A DNA stretch of 64,000 bases from Escherichia phage F2: the sequence record NC_054913.1; one strand, 5' to 3'. A program made the translations under genes and the position numbers. This document shows positions 17,922 through 27,777 of the stretch, piece after piece (the stretch's first letter is position 1; each line of letters opens with the position of its first letter). Below the pieces are notes generated by a model, which was not told the origin of the DNA, did not search any database, and saw only the letters and a list, made by a program, of their open reading frames with translations.

Positions 17922-18070
17922 TTCTTTATCTCATTTCTAATATAATCCATTGGAATCTTCACTTCACTATCTCCTTGTGCCCCTCTCAAATCAAAAATAT
18001 TTTTCATAAAACAGTTTACATCCTCGATAGATATGTTAAGATTAAACCATCTGCTATAGAGGAAAACAAA

Positions 18071-18253
18071 ATGACAATTGAAGATAAAGAAATTAAGGTT
18101 GACCAGTATTATTCTGTCAATGGTAATGCAGTACGGATAACCAGAATTTCAAGCCTGGATGTTTGGTACCGTTCAATCAAATATCCAGAAATTGGTGAAA
18201 TGCTTTGTGACCGTAGTATCTTCTGTTCAATTGCGAAGGAAATTAAGCCATGA
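18071..18253 (+). CDS. small hypothetical protein
   Basis: ATG 18071 with GAGGAAAA RBS; track ORF 17909..18253. Confidence 0.4.
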   Translation: MTIEDKEIKVDQYYSVNGNAVRITRISSLDVWYRSIKYPEIGEMLCDRSIFCSIAKEIKP

Positions 18254-18498
18254 TTAGTTTAGATTCAAAGAAGGTTGTTCTAACCCTTAAAGTTAATGAC
18301 GAGCATCCGGTATTCATTACCATTTCCGATTTGCATGTTGAAATTGCTAATGGCGTTCGTACTTATCAAGCAAATAAAACTCAATGGGATTATATCCCGA
18401 TGTTGACGCTTACTCAGCGTTTAGAATCAATCGGTCTTAAAGACCTTTCAGTAAGTGAAGTGAATTTTATCAAACGCGTTGTATCGATCAACCTCTGA
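18250..18498 (+). CDS. hypothetical protein
   Basis: ORF overlapping upstream stop. Confidence 0.5.
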   Translation: MISLDSKKVVLTLKVNDEHPVFITISDLHVEIANGVRTYQANKTQWDYIPMLTLTQRLESIGLKDLSVSEVNFIKRVVSINL

Positions 18499-18505
18499 GG
18501 TACTT

Positions 18506-18799
18506 ATGGGTAAAACATATCGTCGTAAAGATTTGAAAGTTCGTGATTATGACTATTTTGGTAAGCGTAAAGCTCCTGATGGTGTTAGCCACAAAGACAT
18601 GGTTGAAAACATCTTCCGCTCAGATAAATGGAAACGTATGAAAGGCGTTGATTCTGAAGTCAAGAATGAAATGAATCGACAACTCCGCAAAGAAGTTCGT
18701 AAGTTGAAAAAAGATGTTTACAGTAAAGAAGATTATGATTATAATACTTCTCATACTGAAGCCAAACGTAAAGCTAACGAATGTTATCGTTACAGTTGA
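18506..18799 (+). CDS. hypothetical basic protein
   Basis: ATG 18506 with GAGG RBS; track ORF 18479..18799. Confidence 0.5.
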   Translation: MGKTYRRKDLKVRDYDYFGKRKAPDGVSHKDMVENIFRSDKWKRMKGVDSEVKNEMNRQLRKEVRKLKKDVYSKEDYDYNTSHTEAKRKANECYRYS

Positions 18800-18806
18800 G
18801 GAAATT

Positions 18807-18941
18807 ATGAATATCAAACGAATGCTTTTTAAGCAGGGATTATATACTTTAAATGTTAATCCAAAGGGTGATACAACTAAATGGTCTGTAAATGACTGGA
18901 TTAAGTTCATCGATGAAAATGGGACGTGGAACACAAAATGA
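18807..18941 (+). CDS. small hypothetical protein (44 aa)
   Basis: ATG 18807 with GAGGAAA RBS. Confidence 0.35.
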   Translation: MNIKRMLFKQGLYTLNVNPKGDTTKWSVNDWIKFIDENGTWNTK

Positions 18942-19138
18942 ATCCTGAAAATATTGTGTCATGGCAACTTCGTGAAGAACGTGCCGAATTCTTTGCCAAT
19001 ATGAAACTCAACGGCGTTGAGGATGAAGACTTTTTACGTTGGTTCTGGATTTACAAATACAAAGAATGTCAACATGCTGTGCTATTGACTTGCGCAACTA
19101 TGTACGAAGGCTGGAAAGGCGCTAAAAAGTTCGGTTAA
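18938..19138 (+). CDS. hypothetical protein
   Basis: ATG 18938 overlapping upstream stop. Confidence 0.5.
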   Translation: MNPENIVSWQLREERAEFFANMKLNGVEDEDFLRWFWIYKYKECQHAVLLTCATMYEGWKGAKKFG

Positions 19139-19150
19139 TAATATACAACG

Positions 19151-19182
19151 ATAGGAAGATAATAACATTCGTCTTCCTATCG
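19151..19182 (+). terminator. terminator-like hairpin
   Basis: gataggaagat...tcttcctatc inverted repeat. Confidence 0.4.
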
Positions 19183-19203
19183 TCTTAAAATGAGGAAAAT
19201 ATC

Positions 19204-19443
19204 ATGGCCCAAGAATTAGATTTTATCAAATTCAAAAAACACCTCGACGTTAAAATTTGGGATTCAATTGTTAGGATTGAGTATGACATTTTAACAGATG
19301 CTATTACTGTTAGTTGTGATGGAAATAGTTTCAGCTTCGATACAACCGAAAACAAATACCCAATCTATAAAGGCATCTTTGATATGGGTGTTGATATTAC
19401 TCCACGTGATACAAATTACTTACTTTTCATGCTTAAAAAATAG
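19204..19443 (+). CDS. hypothetical protein
   Basis: ORF with GAGGAAAA RBS. Confidence 0.5.
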   Translation: MAQELDFIKFKKHLDVKIWDSIVRIEYDILTDAITVSCDGNSFSFDTTENKYPIYKGIFDMGVDITPRDTNYLLFMLKK

Positions 19444-19509
19444 TATACAAACTCTTGAGAGCAGAGTATAATGCTCTCGTTGGATAATAAAATAACCGAG
19501 GAAAATAAT

Positions 19510-19842
19510 ATGTCTACTAAAATCAAAAACGTAGTTAATTCTTTCGCTTTCGATAAAGTTGTTGCTCTTCTGGAATCCGGCAATATTGTTACTCCTCAAG
19601 TTCTTGACGCATGGGAATTCCGTCTTTATGAAATCATGCAAAAACACGACCAGAAAATTGGACGTAATTCTATTCGTGAAATTCTAGTACAATATATTCT
19701 TTCTGAATTTGACGTTGCTGCATTTGGTGTTGAATCTAAAGCTTATCAGAAACATGAAATCTCTGAAAAGACCATCCGTCGTATGAAAAATCAACGTAAG
19801 AAAAAATTCGTTGACCTGAAAATTGTTAAGGCGGTAAAATGA
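19510..19842 (+). CDS. hypothetical protein
   Basis: ATG 19510 with GAGGAAAA RBS; track ORF 19471..19842. Confidence 0.5.
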   Translation: MSTKIKNVVNSFAFDKVVALLESGNIVTPQVLDAWEFRLYEIMQKHDQKIGRNSIREILVQYILSEFDVAAFGVESKAYQKHEISEKTIRRMKNQRKKKFVDLKIVKAVK

Positions 19843-20066
19843 GCGTATTAACAGAAACTTTGATTAATGACCTGCGTCTAGCTGGTTACGAAGTTGGTAC
19901 AAATAGCCTAGGTCTTCCTCAGATTGAAGGTCCTGGATTTATTCTTGAATACGAATTCAAACAATGGTGGTTATATGCTACGGTTGACGATGCGTTGAAT
20001 ATTGATTTCGTTGACCAATTTGATTCGTTGGATGCTGCCTTATTTGCAGCAAAGGAAATAGAATGA
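19839..20066 (+). CDS. hypothetical protein
   Basis: ORF overlapping upstream stop. Confidence 0.5.
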   Translation: MSVLTETLINDLRLAGYEVGTNSLGLPQIEGPGFILEYEFKQWWLYATVDDALNIDFVDQFDSLDAALFAAKEIE

Positions 20067-20156
20067 AACTATCTTGAATCGCTATAACCGAAGAAAAGTT
20101 TGGTGAATTTTAAGTCGACAACTTTATGAAAGTTACGTATCTTTGATAGTATCTCG

Positions 20157-20192
20157 TGCTTTAAGATAGGTCTCTAAATATTATGATATAAT
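20157..20192 (+). promoter_or_regulatory. promoter region upstream of gene 55 (MotA-box-like TGCTTTA and TATAAT elements)
   Basis: tgcttta 20157-20163, tataat 20187-20192; spacing not canonical. Confidence 0.3.
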
Positions 20193-20221
20193 AGACCTAT
20201 GAATTGAGCTAAGAGGTACTT

Positions 20222-20779
20222 ATGACTGAACAAAAACCTAAAAATAACTATGTGAATAATAAAGAGCTTCTCGCCGCTATAATCGAGTGGAAAAAGGAGC
20301 TCTTAAATAATAAAGACCCAAACAAAATTATTCGTCAGAATGATACCATCGGTTTAGCAATTATGCTTATCGCCGAAGGCCTGTCCAAACGTTTCAACTT
20401 TTCAGGATATACCCAGTCTTGGAAGCAGGAGATGATTGCAGATGGGATTGAAGCCTCTATTAAGGGACTTCATAATTTCGACGAAACTAAGTACAATAAC
20501 CCACATGCATACATAACTCGAGCTTGTTTTAATGCTTTTGTCCAACGTATCAAAAAAGAACGTAAGGAAGTTGCAAAGAAATATAGTTACTTCGTTCATA
20601 ATGTCTACGACAGTCATGACGATGATATGGTAGCGTTGGTAGATGAAACGTTTATTCAAGACATCTACGATAAAATGACGCATTATGAAGAATCCGCTTA
20701 TAAAGCTCCTGGGGCTGAAAAGAAGGAAGTTGTTAGCGATTCGCCTAGTTTGGATTTTTTATATGAGGATGACAATTGA
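20222..20779 (+). CDS. 55: late-transcription sigma factor gp55
   Basis: 185 aa, near-identical to remembered T4 gp55 ([10 protein letters not shown]...[28 protein letters not shown]). Confidence 0.95.
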   Translation: MTEQKPKNNYVNNKELLAAIIEWKKELLNNKDPNKIIRQNDTIGLAIMLIAEGLSKRFNFSGYTQSWKQEMIADGIEASIKGLHNFDETKYNNPHAYITRACFNAFVQRIKKERKEVAKKYSYFVHNVYDSHDDDMVALVDETFIQDIYDKMTHYEESAYKAPGAEKKEVVSDSPSLDFLYEDDN

Positions 20780-20978
20780 CATCTCTAACTACTTAGAAGA
20801 ACCTTTTGACGAAGCAATCCCTTATTTGGTAAAACTGTTGGGTCGTGAATTTAAAATTAATTTTGACATCGACCCTTTGAACCCACATGACGTGTCATTT
20901 TCGATAAATGGGACTCCGGTTGAGTATGAGTTCTGTATTGAAGAGGATGGACGTTTTTATTTTAATTTAATGAGATAA
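20763..20978 (+). CDS. hypothetical protein
   Basis: ATG 20763 overlapping gene 55 end; track ORF 20685..20978. Confidence 0.45.
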   Translation: MRMTIDISNYLEEPFDEAIPYLVKLLGREFKINFDIDPLNPHDVSFSINGTPVEYEFCIEEDGRFYFNLMR

Positions 20979-20979
20979 T

Positions 20980-21303
20980 ATGACTACCGAGATTATTGAA
21001 AATAAAGAAGCAGAAGATGCAGTAGCTAAAATGCTACAAGAAATCCAAAAGAAAAATGAAGCTGAAGCACGTAAAAAATCCGAAAAGATTCTTAAAAAGA
21101 ATCGTTTTGAACTAAACCGTCTTTATGCTCATGCTCAAGAAGCAGCAATTCAAAACAACTTCGAAGCTTACGAATATGCTATTAAGAAATCTCGGGATAT
21201 TCTACGACAACCATACAATGACAAGTTAATTAAAATCCAGTGGGTTACTACTCGTCAGGCTATTGAGGACATCATTAATGGCGCTAGTTCAAACAAAGTT
21301 TAA
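20980..21303 (+). CDS. hypothetical protein
   Basis: 107-aa ORF. Confidence 0.5.
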   Translation: MTTEIIENKEAEDAVAKMLQEIQKKNEAEARKKSEKILKKNRFELNRLYAHAQEAAIQNNFEAYEYAIKKSRDILRQPYNDKLIKIQWVTTRQAIEDIINGASSNKV

Positions 21304-21484
21304 ACGTCTGAAGCTGAACGCAGGGTTCACCCTTAAATTGGGAGGTCCTCTTTGTGTTAAAATCTCTGAAAAGGAATATCACGACGGTTCTATTACAGAA
21401 ATTTGTCCACCTATTGTAAAGGCAGACCCAAAACAACTCGTATGGGTTGATTCATTTCAAGTTAAGAAATGGTGGAAACGATGA
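21278..21484 (+). CDS. hypothetical protein
   Basis: ATG 21278; track ORF 21263..21484. Confidence 0.45.
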   Translation: MALVQTKFKRLKLNAGFTLKLGGPLCVKISEKEYHDGSITEICPPIVKADPKQLVWVDSFQVKKWWKR

Positions 21485-21523
21485 GAGAAATCGATTTAGG
21501 TATTTTCTGAGAGGTGATTATGC

Positions 21524-21697
21524 ATGACGAACATCCCGACTTCTGAAAATTTCGATAAAATCCGTAAAGGCAAAGCAGAAAGAATGAGACGTTTTAAAGA
21601 GTCTTATGATAAAGCTAAAGCCGAAGGAACTATTACGTACAAGCCCATTCGATTTAAAAGTTCAAATGAGCCTCTGTACGGTGTACTATGTGGATAG
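21524..21697 (+). CDS. small hypothetical protein (57 aa)
   Basis: ATG with GAGGTGA RBS; followed by terminator. Confidence 0.4.
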   Translation: MTNIPTSENFDKIRKGKAERMRRFKESYDKAKAEGTITYKPIRFKSSNEPLYGVLCG

Positions 21698-21720
21698 GAA
21701 CTCTTCGGAGTTCCTTTTTT
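21697..21720 (+). terminator. rho-independent terminator (UUCG tetraloop)
   Basis: ggaactcttcggagttcc + tttttt. Confidence 0.7.
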
Positions 21721-21743
21721 GCTTTATAAACGGATGATAGAAT
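21720..21743 (+). promoter_or_regulatory. T4-type middle promoter
   Basis: TGCTTTA 21720-21726, 11-bp spacer, tagaat 21738-21743. Confidence 0.55.
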
Positions 21744-21766
21744 GAATTAACTAATGAGGAAATAAT

Positions 21767-22786
21767 ATGAAAATTTTGCACTTAGGCGACTTCCATATCG
21801 GAGTCAAACAGGACGACCCATGGGTTCAAGATATTCAACGTGATGGTATTCGTCAAGCAATTGAATACTCTAAGAAACACGGTATTAAAACTTGGATTCA
21901 GTACGGTGATTGGTTTGACGTCCGTAAAGCAATAACACATCGTACAATGGAATTCAATCGTGAAATCGTTGATATGATTTCTAAAGCAGGCATTCACGTT
22001 CATGTCACGATAGGAAACCATGACATGGCGTTTAAGAATACAATAACACCTAACACTGTTTCTGAATTGTTAACTCAATTTGAAAACTTTACTATTTACG
22101 AGCATCCAACTACTGTAGATTTTGACGGATGTCTGATTGATATCGTTCCATGGATGTGTGAAGAAAATACAGGTGAAATCTTAGAGCACATCAAGACTTC
22201 TTCTGCTGCGTATTGTGTTGGTCACTGGGAACTGAACGGCTTTTATTTCTATAAAGGAATGAAGTCTCATGGGCTTGAACCTGATTTCTTAAAGACCTAT
22301 AAACAAGTCTGGTCTGGCCACTTCCACACAATCTCTGAAGCTGCTAACGTCAAATATATTGGGACACCGTGGACCCTTACTGCAGGCGATGAGAACGACC
22401 CTCGCGGATTCTGGGTATTTGACACTGATGTTGAACGTATGGAATTTATTCCTAATGAAACAACATGGCATCGACGAATCACTTATCCATTTAAAGGCAA
22501 AATCAATTATTCTGATTATACTAATCTAGCCGTACGTGTTATAGTATCAGAAATTGATTCAGAGTTGACTAAGTTTGAATCTGAACTTGAAAAAGTAGTT
22601 CACTCTCTTCGTATGGTTTCTAAAGTTGATAACAGTGTTGAATCTGATGACGACCAGGAAATCGAGATTAAATCACTTCAAGATATCATTAAAGAATATA
22701 TTGACGCGATTCCAGATATCTCAGACGAAGACAGAGAAGCGCTGGTCAAATATTCCAACGAACTTTATATTGAGGCAACACAATGA
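21767..22786 (+). CDS. 47: recombination nuclease subunit gp47 (Mre11/SbcD-like)
   Basis: Phosphoesterase motifs LGDFHIG, GNHD; 339 aa. Confidence 0.95.
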   Translation: MKILHLGDFHIGVKQDDPWVQDIQRDGIRQAIEYSKKHGIKTWIQYGDWFDVRKAITHRTMEFNREIVDMISKAGIHVHVTIGNHDMAFKNTITPNTVSELLTQFENFTIYEHPTTVDFDGCLIDIVPWMCEENTGEILEHIKTSSAAYCVGHWELNGFYFYKGMKSHGLEPDFLKTYKQVWSGHFHTISEAANVKYIGTPWTLTAGDENDPRGFWVFDTDVERMEFIPNETTWHRRITYPFKGKINYSDYTNLAVRVIVSEIDSELTKFESELEKVVHSLRMVSKVDNSVESDDDQEIEIKSLQDIIKEYIDAIPDISDEDREALVKYSNELYIEATQ

Positions 22787-23040
22787 CTTTAGATGAATTT
22801 AACAATGCTGGGCTTGGGCTTGAAGTTGAAATGGACGTTAAAGATGACGATGGATTCGAGAACACTATCAAGTATTGGATTGAGCCATTATGCGTTGAAG
22901 GTAATGAAGTTAAAGCAGTTCATGTCTGCACCGACTGGGCTATTGAATTTAGCTTTAATATAATGGACAACGATACTCCTGGCTCTATTCTTAAAATGGC
23001 TGAAGCGTGTATTGAGGACGCGTATAATGACGAAGACTGA
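22783..23040 (+). CDS. hypothetical acidic protein
   Basis: ORF overlapping upstream stop. Confidence 0.5.
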   Translation: MTLDEFNNAGLGLEVEMDVKDDDGFENTIKYWIEPLCVEGNEVKAVHVCTDWAIEFSFNIMDNDTPGSILKMAEACIEDAYNDED

Positions 23041-23887
23041 TTATGAAACTCAAATTTATAAAATTCTTAAAACCTCCTTCCCTTCGTGGGAAGGACTTGA
23101 TGAGTATTTAAACTTTATAAAAACTAATTCCACTAATAAAGTAAAAGGACTGACTCAGGTTCACCATATACTACCAAAATCTATTTTTCCAGATTTTAAA
23201 ACATGTAAATGGAACTTGTGTCATTTAAGTCATTATAACCATTTTATTGCACATAGCATTTTGGCAAAAACTGGCAACCACAAGATGATTAACGCGCTTC
23301 AAAGAATGTATACCGGGCGATTTAATTTAAATTGTACAACGCATGAACTAAATAATATAGCCGAGGCGTATTCTTTAGAATTCGAAAATGTTTGTAAAGT
23401 TAATTCTATAAAAATGACATTATACTATTCCAATCAGGATAATAGAATTAAGATTAGTCAAGCTTTAAAAGCATGGTTTAAAAATCCGGAAAATTTAAAG
23501 AAACACAGAATTATGACAAGTTCAAAGGAATTTAAAGAAACCGTCTCTATTATGACCCAAAAGTGGTTTAGTGACCCTATTAATAAACAAAAACATTTGG
23601 ATGCTTGTCGTAAAATATCTAAAACAGCCGAATATAGAGAATCATTATCGGCTGGAGTTTCACGCAGTTGGAAAAATCCTAAAGTTAGAGACACTCAATT
23701 GAAATCTAGAAGAAAAGGATATCATTGGGAAAATTTTGATATGCTTTACGTTGAATGGGTTAAAATGAACAAACCTAAATATGTGACTTTTTCTAAAAAT
23801 TTAGTCAATTTAGGATATCCTATACAAAGTTCTTTACAGGCTTTAGTTTCTGAATTCATGAGGAAAAATTTAAGTGAAAACATTTAA
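23027..23887 (+). CDS. free-standing HNH homing endonuclease (Mob-like)
   Basis: HNH-like motif VHHILPKS...WNLCHLSHYNHFIAH; inserted between genes 47 and 46. Confidence 0.7.
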   Translation: MTKTDYETQIYKILKTSFPSWEGLDEYLNFIKTNSTNKVKGLTQVHHILPKSIFPDFKTCKWNLCHLSHYNHFIAHSILAKTGNHKMINALQRMYTGRFNLNCTTHELNNIAEAYSLEFENVCKVNSIKMTLYYSNQDNRIKISQALKAWFKNPENLKKHRIMTSSKEFKETVSIMTQKWFSDPINKQKHLDACRKISKTAEYRESLSAGVSRSWKNPKVRDTQLKSRRKGYHWENFDMLYVEWVKMNKPKYVTFSKNLVNLGYPIQSSLQALVSEFMRKNLSENI

Positions 23888-25562
23888 ATTAAATCGTGTT
23901 CGTTATAAAAATATAATGTCTGTTGGGCAAAATTTTATCGATATCCAATTAGATAAAGTCCAAAAGACCTTAATCACAGGTAAAAATGGTGGTGGTAAAT
24001 CTACGATGTTAGAAGCCATTACTTTCGGACTTTTCGGTAAACCATTTCGTGATGTTAAGAAAGGGCAAATCATTAATAGCACGAACAAGAAAGAGCTCTT
24101 AGTTGAGCTTTGGATGGAATTCGATGGTAAAAAATACTTCATTAAACGTGGCCAAAAACCCAATATTTTCGAAATCTCCGTTGACGGTGTTCGTCTTGAT
24201 GAATCTGCCAGCAGTCGTGACTTCCAAGAAGAATTTGAACGTAGCATCGGAATGTCATACGCGTCTTTTAAACAGATCGTTGTGCTTGGGACGGCAGGGT
24301 ATACCCCTTTCATGGCTCTTAGCACCCCTGCTCGCAGAAAGCTTGTTGAAGACCTTTTAGAAGTCGGCACACTCGCTGAAATGGATAAAATCAATAAGTC
24401 TCAAGTTCGAGAACTTAATTCCCAGGGACAAGTTCTCGATGCCAAGAAAGATGGTGTTATCCAACAAATTAAGATTTATAACGAGAATATCGAACGTCAA
24501 AAGAAATTATCTGGTGATAATGTAGCGCGTCTACAGAATATGTATGACGACCTAGCCAAAGAAGCTCGTTCATTAAAAGCAGAAATCGAAGAAGCTAATG
24601 AGAGACTACTTAATATAGTTCTTGACGAAGACCCTACTGAGGCATTCAACAAGATCGGACAAGAAGCATTCTTGATTAAATCTAAAATCGACTCATATAA
24701 CAAAGTTATTAAGATGTATCATGACGGTGGTACATGTCCTACTTGTGCATCACAGTTGCACCAGGGTGATCCTATTGTCTCTAAGATTACCGATAAGCTT
24801 CATGAATGTAATCACTCATTCGAGCAACTTACATGTCACAGAGATAATCTGAGTGTCCTAGTGGACGAATATAGAGCTAATGTTAAGACTAAACAGGACC
24901 TTGCATCTGATATTCGTACCAAGAAACAAGCAATGATTGCCACTATTGATAAAGCTAAGAAAGTTAAAGCTGCAATAGAACAAGCCTCGGCGGAATTTAT
25001 CGACCATGCTGATGAGATAGCTTTGCTTCAAAAAGAACTTGATAAAATCATTAAAACAAAATCAGATATCGTTCTTGAAAAATACCATCGTGGTATTATC
25101 ACAGATATGTTAAAAGATTCTGGTATTAAAGGTGCTATCATTAAAAAATATGTGCCTCTGTTCAACAAGCAGATTAACTATTATCTTAAAATCATGGAAG
25201 CTGATTACGTGTTTTCTATTGACGAAGAATTCAATGAATCTATAAAATCACGTGGTCGTGAAGATTTTAGCTATGCTTCATTTAGTCAAGGTGAAAAGGC
25301 ACGTATCGATATCGCATTGTTGTTTACATGGCGAGATATTGCTGAAAAGGTTTCTGGTGTTAGAATCAATACATTAATTATGGACGAAGTCATGGATTCC
25401 GCGACTGATTCTGAAGGTATTAAAGCTATTTCAACAATTCTTAACTCTCTAACCGATGCAAACGTGTTTATAATTAGCCACAGAGACCATGACCCACAAG
25501 CTTATGGACAACATTTGCAAATGAGCAAAGTTGGACGATTTACTGTAATGAAAGCCTCTTAA
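23874..25562 (+). CDS. 46: recombination ATPase subunit gp46 (Rad50/SbcC-like)
   Basis: Walker A GKNGGGKST, coiled coil, signature/Walker B at C-terminus; GTG start as in T4. Confidence 0.95.
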   Translation: MKTFKLNRVRYKNIMSVGQNFIDIQLDKVQKTLITGKNGGGKSTMLEAITFGLFGKPFRDVKKGQIINSTNKKELLVELWMEFDGKKYFIKRGQKPNIFEISVDGVRLDESASSRDFQEEFERSIGMSYASFKQIVVLGTAGYTPFMALSTPARRKLVEDLLEVGTLAEMDKINKSQVRELNSQGQVLDAKKDGVIQQIKIYNENIERQKKLSGDNVARLQNMYDDLAKEARSLKAEIEEANERLLNIVLDEDPTEAFNKIGQEAFLIKSKIDSYNKVIKMYHDGGTCPTCASQLHQGDPIVSKITDKLHECNHSFEQLTCHRDNLSVLVDEYRANVKTKQDLASDIRTKKQAMIATIDKAKKVKAAIEQASAEFIDHADEIALLQKELDKIIKTKSDIVLEKYHRGIITDMLKDSGIKGAIIKKYVPLFNKQINYYLKIMEADYVFSIDEEFNESIKSRGREDFSYASFSQGEKARIDIALLFTWRDIAEKVSGVRINTLIMDEVMDSATDSEGIKAISTILNSLTDANVFIISHRDHDPQAYGQHLQMSKVGRFTVMKAS

Positions 25563-26275
25563 TGAGGCTTATGTTTACAGTTATCAAAATGCCAACGATG
25601 CATATTAGCAGGGATCCCTATTTTATCGCAATGAGGACATTTAATTTTCTTGTCCTCTTTTTTCTTTCTGTTAGGATTTGATTTACAGAATTTTATATGC
25701 GGCTTTAACGCCGATAACTTAGTAGTTAAGCCACAAAACGGGCAAGAATCTTCTTTCCAAATTTTCGTGGCCATGGTTTTAATTATTTTATCCTTTGTTT
25801 CTTGATCAAGTTTTACTATTTTAGGTGTTGGACCTTGTTTACAATTATCGAAATGCCAACGTCGCATGTTTCCTTCAGTTCCAGTTAAACCACAATGTGG
25901 ACAGGTAATCTTTGGTTTATTTTTTGCCGACTCGGACATTTTCTTACGAGTTTCAGCAGTGAATTCTTTGTTCTTTTGAACTTCTTGATTCTTACGTCGA
26001 AGCCATCCAAATAATTTGTTTTTGCTTCTATCTGCTTTAGGAGATGAGATAGTCATCATACGAGCAGCATATATTAAAGAGGCATTATCTGGATGGATTT
26101 TTACCAACAGTTGATGTGCCAAATAATGTTCTTCTGGTGTTAAGTCTACTAAGTTTAAAGCATCATCACTTCCACCTAAACATTGTGGTATAATGTGATG
26201 ACGTTCTGTATAACCATCTAAACTTCTTGATTTAGCATTGGCGATAAGCTTTTCGTATATTGAGTTATAATTCAT
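25559..26275 (-). CDS. HNH homing endonuclease with three C-terminal zinc-finger repeats
   Basis: ERHHIIPQCLGG...LVDLTPEEHYLAH HNH motif; three CPHCG...RRWHFDNCK repeats; only large minus-strand gene in the block. Confidence 0.75.
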   Translation of the reverse strand: MNYNSIYEKLIANAKSRSLDGYTERHHIIPQCLGGSDDALNLVDLTPEEHYLAHQLLVKIHPDNASLIYAARMMTISSPKADRSKNKLFGWLRRKNQEVQKNKEFTAETRKKMSESAKNKPKITCPHCGLTGTEGNMRRWHFDNCKQGPTPKIVKLDQETKDKIIKTMATKIWKEDSCPFCGLTTKLSALKPHIKFCKSNPNRKKKEDKKIKCPHCDKIGIPANMHRWHFDNCKHKPH

Positions 26276-26320
26276 TTACTAAATCCTTATTTGATACAGC
26301 AACAGATAAATTGATAAACC

Positions 26321-26328
26321 TATTTATA
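26321..26328 (-). promoter_or_regulatory. T4-type late promoter TATAAATA (minus strand)
   Basis: TATAAATA on minus strand about 45 nt upstream of HNH gene ATG. Confidence 0.35.
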
Positions 26329-26352
26329 TTGCTTTAAACACGGAGATTTATA

Positions 26353-26544
26353 ATGGCGGAGTATTCAACTGGCCAACATCTTCTCGTTGTCCCTGAAATT
26401 AAAAAATATGTTTTGACCAATACGTTTTCAGGTGAAGAACATATTGTTACTGAACAAATGCTCAAATCTGCTTTTAAAGACGAGTATAATAAAATAATGT
26501 CTAATCGCAATTCCGCATGGACAGTTACCGACTTCTACGAATAA
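26353..26544 (+). CDS. hypothetical protein
   Basis: ORF with GGAG RBS. Confidence 0.5.
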   Translation: MAEYSTGQHLLVVPEIKKYVLTNTFSGEEHIVTEQMLKSAFKDEYNKIMSNRNSAWTVTDFYE

Positions 26545-26556
26545 GAGAGAAATAAT

Positions 26557-26973
26557 ATGTTTACTACTGCTAAAGGTTTCACTGCTGCTGATCTGAAAGT
26601 TACTTCTATCCGTACTGACGCTAACCCACATAACCATAATCGTGTTCGTAAAGCATGGGTCCTGCATTGTGATGACGCAAGTGCTAAAAAACTCCAATCT
26701 TTGCCACAAGAAACTCGTTTTATGATTTATGGTTTTATTGATAACGATGTATCTGATATGTGGATTCATCTGATGCGTAAGCACTATAAAGATTCTATTG
26801 AAGCCGGCGGAAAGATCGTTCTTGATAAAGATGGTTCTGAGCGTCTGGAAGATCTCTACTGTGTTGATGCCGACGAACAACTAATTGCAGCTGGCGAAAT
26901 TGTTGCTTCTAAAATTCCAGAATATATTGAATCACTGCCTGAAGCTATTAAAAAGCAAATGGTTGCTGCATAA
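26557..26973 (+). CDS. hypothetical protein (RpbA position between 46 and 45)
   Basis: Gene order only. Confidence 0.45.
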   Translation: MFTTAKGFTAADLKVTSIRTDANPHNHNRVRKAWVLHCDDASAKKLQSLPQETRFMIYGFIDNDVSDMWIHLMRKHYKDSIEAGGKIVLDKDGSERLEDLYCVDADEQLIAAGEIVASKIPEYIESLPEAIKKQMVAA

Positions 26974-27015
26974 TAAATTTGTTATAAACTTTGAATTGTC
27001 TTGAAAGGAAATAAA

Positions 27016-27702
27016 ATGAAACTGTCTAAAGATACTATCGCTATTCTGAAAAACTTTGCCTCTATTAACTCCGGTATTCTGCTGAGTCAAGGTAAATTTA
27101 TTATGACTCGTGCAGTTAATGGCACCACTTATGCGGAAGCAAATATCTCTGATGAAATTGATTTTGACGTAGCACTTTATGATTTGAATAGCTTCTTAAG
27201 CATTTTGAGTCTAGTGTCTGATGATGCTGAAATTTCAATGCACACCGATGGCAATATTAAAATTGCAGATACACGTTCCACGGTTTATTGGCCTGCCGCT
27301 GACAAGAGCACCATTGTTTTTCCTAATAAGCCAATTCAATTCCCAGTGGCTTCTGTGATTACTGAAATTAAAGCTGAAGACCTTCAACAATTGCTTCGAG
27401 TTTCACGTGGTCTTCAGATTGATACAATTGCTATTACAAATAAAGATGGTAAAATTGTTATCAATGGTTATAATAAAGTTGAAGATTCTGGTCTAACTCG
27501 TCCTAAGTATTCTTTGACTCTTACCGATTATGATGGTTCTAACAACTTTAACTTCGTAATCAATATGGCTAATATGAAAATCCAGCCAGGTAACTATAAA
27601 GTAATGTTGTGGGGAGCTGGTGATAAAGTTGCAGCCAAGTTTGAAAGCTCTCAAGTAAGTTATGTTATTGCGATGGAAGCCGATTCTACTCACGACTTCT
27701 AA
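27016..27702 (+). CDS. 45: sliding clamp gp45
   Basis: 228 aa, matches T4 gp45; ATG 27016 with AAGGAAA RBS. Confidence 0.9.
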   Translation: MKLSKDTIAILKNFASINSGILLSQGKFIMTRAVNGTTYAEANISDEIDFDVALYDLNSFLSILSLVSDDAEISMHTDGNIKIADTRSTVYWPAADKSTIVFPNKPIQFPVASVITEIKAEDLQQLLRVSRGLQIDTIAITNKDGKIVINGYNKVEDSGLTRPKYSLTLTDYDGSNNFNFVINMANMKIQPGNYKVMLWGAGDKVAAKFESSQVSYVIAMEADSTHDF

Positions 27703-27777
27703 GTCAAAGCTTTACGTTTATTGTGATACGATTATGGAGGAGAAATCCTCCAGTTTAATGATAATGAGGAAAATTAC

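Noticed and set aside
20067-20221. alpha-glucosyltransferase gene expected between genes 47 and 55 by analogy to T4
   Set aside because: Only small ORFs and regulatory sequence lie between 55 and 47; no roughly 400-aa glycosyltransferase ORF is present
23903-24394. 163-aa minus-strand ORF inside gene 46
   Set aside because: Antisense to the conserved gene 46 Walker A region; shadow ORF
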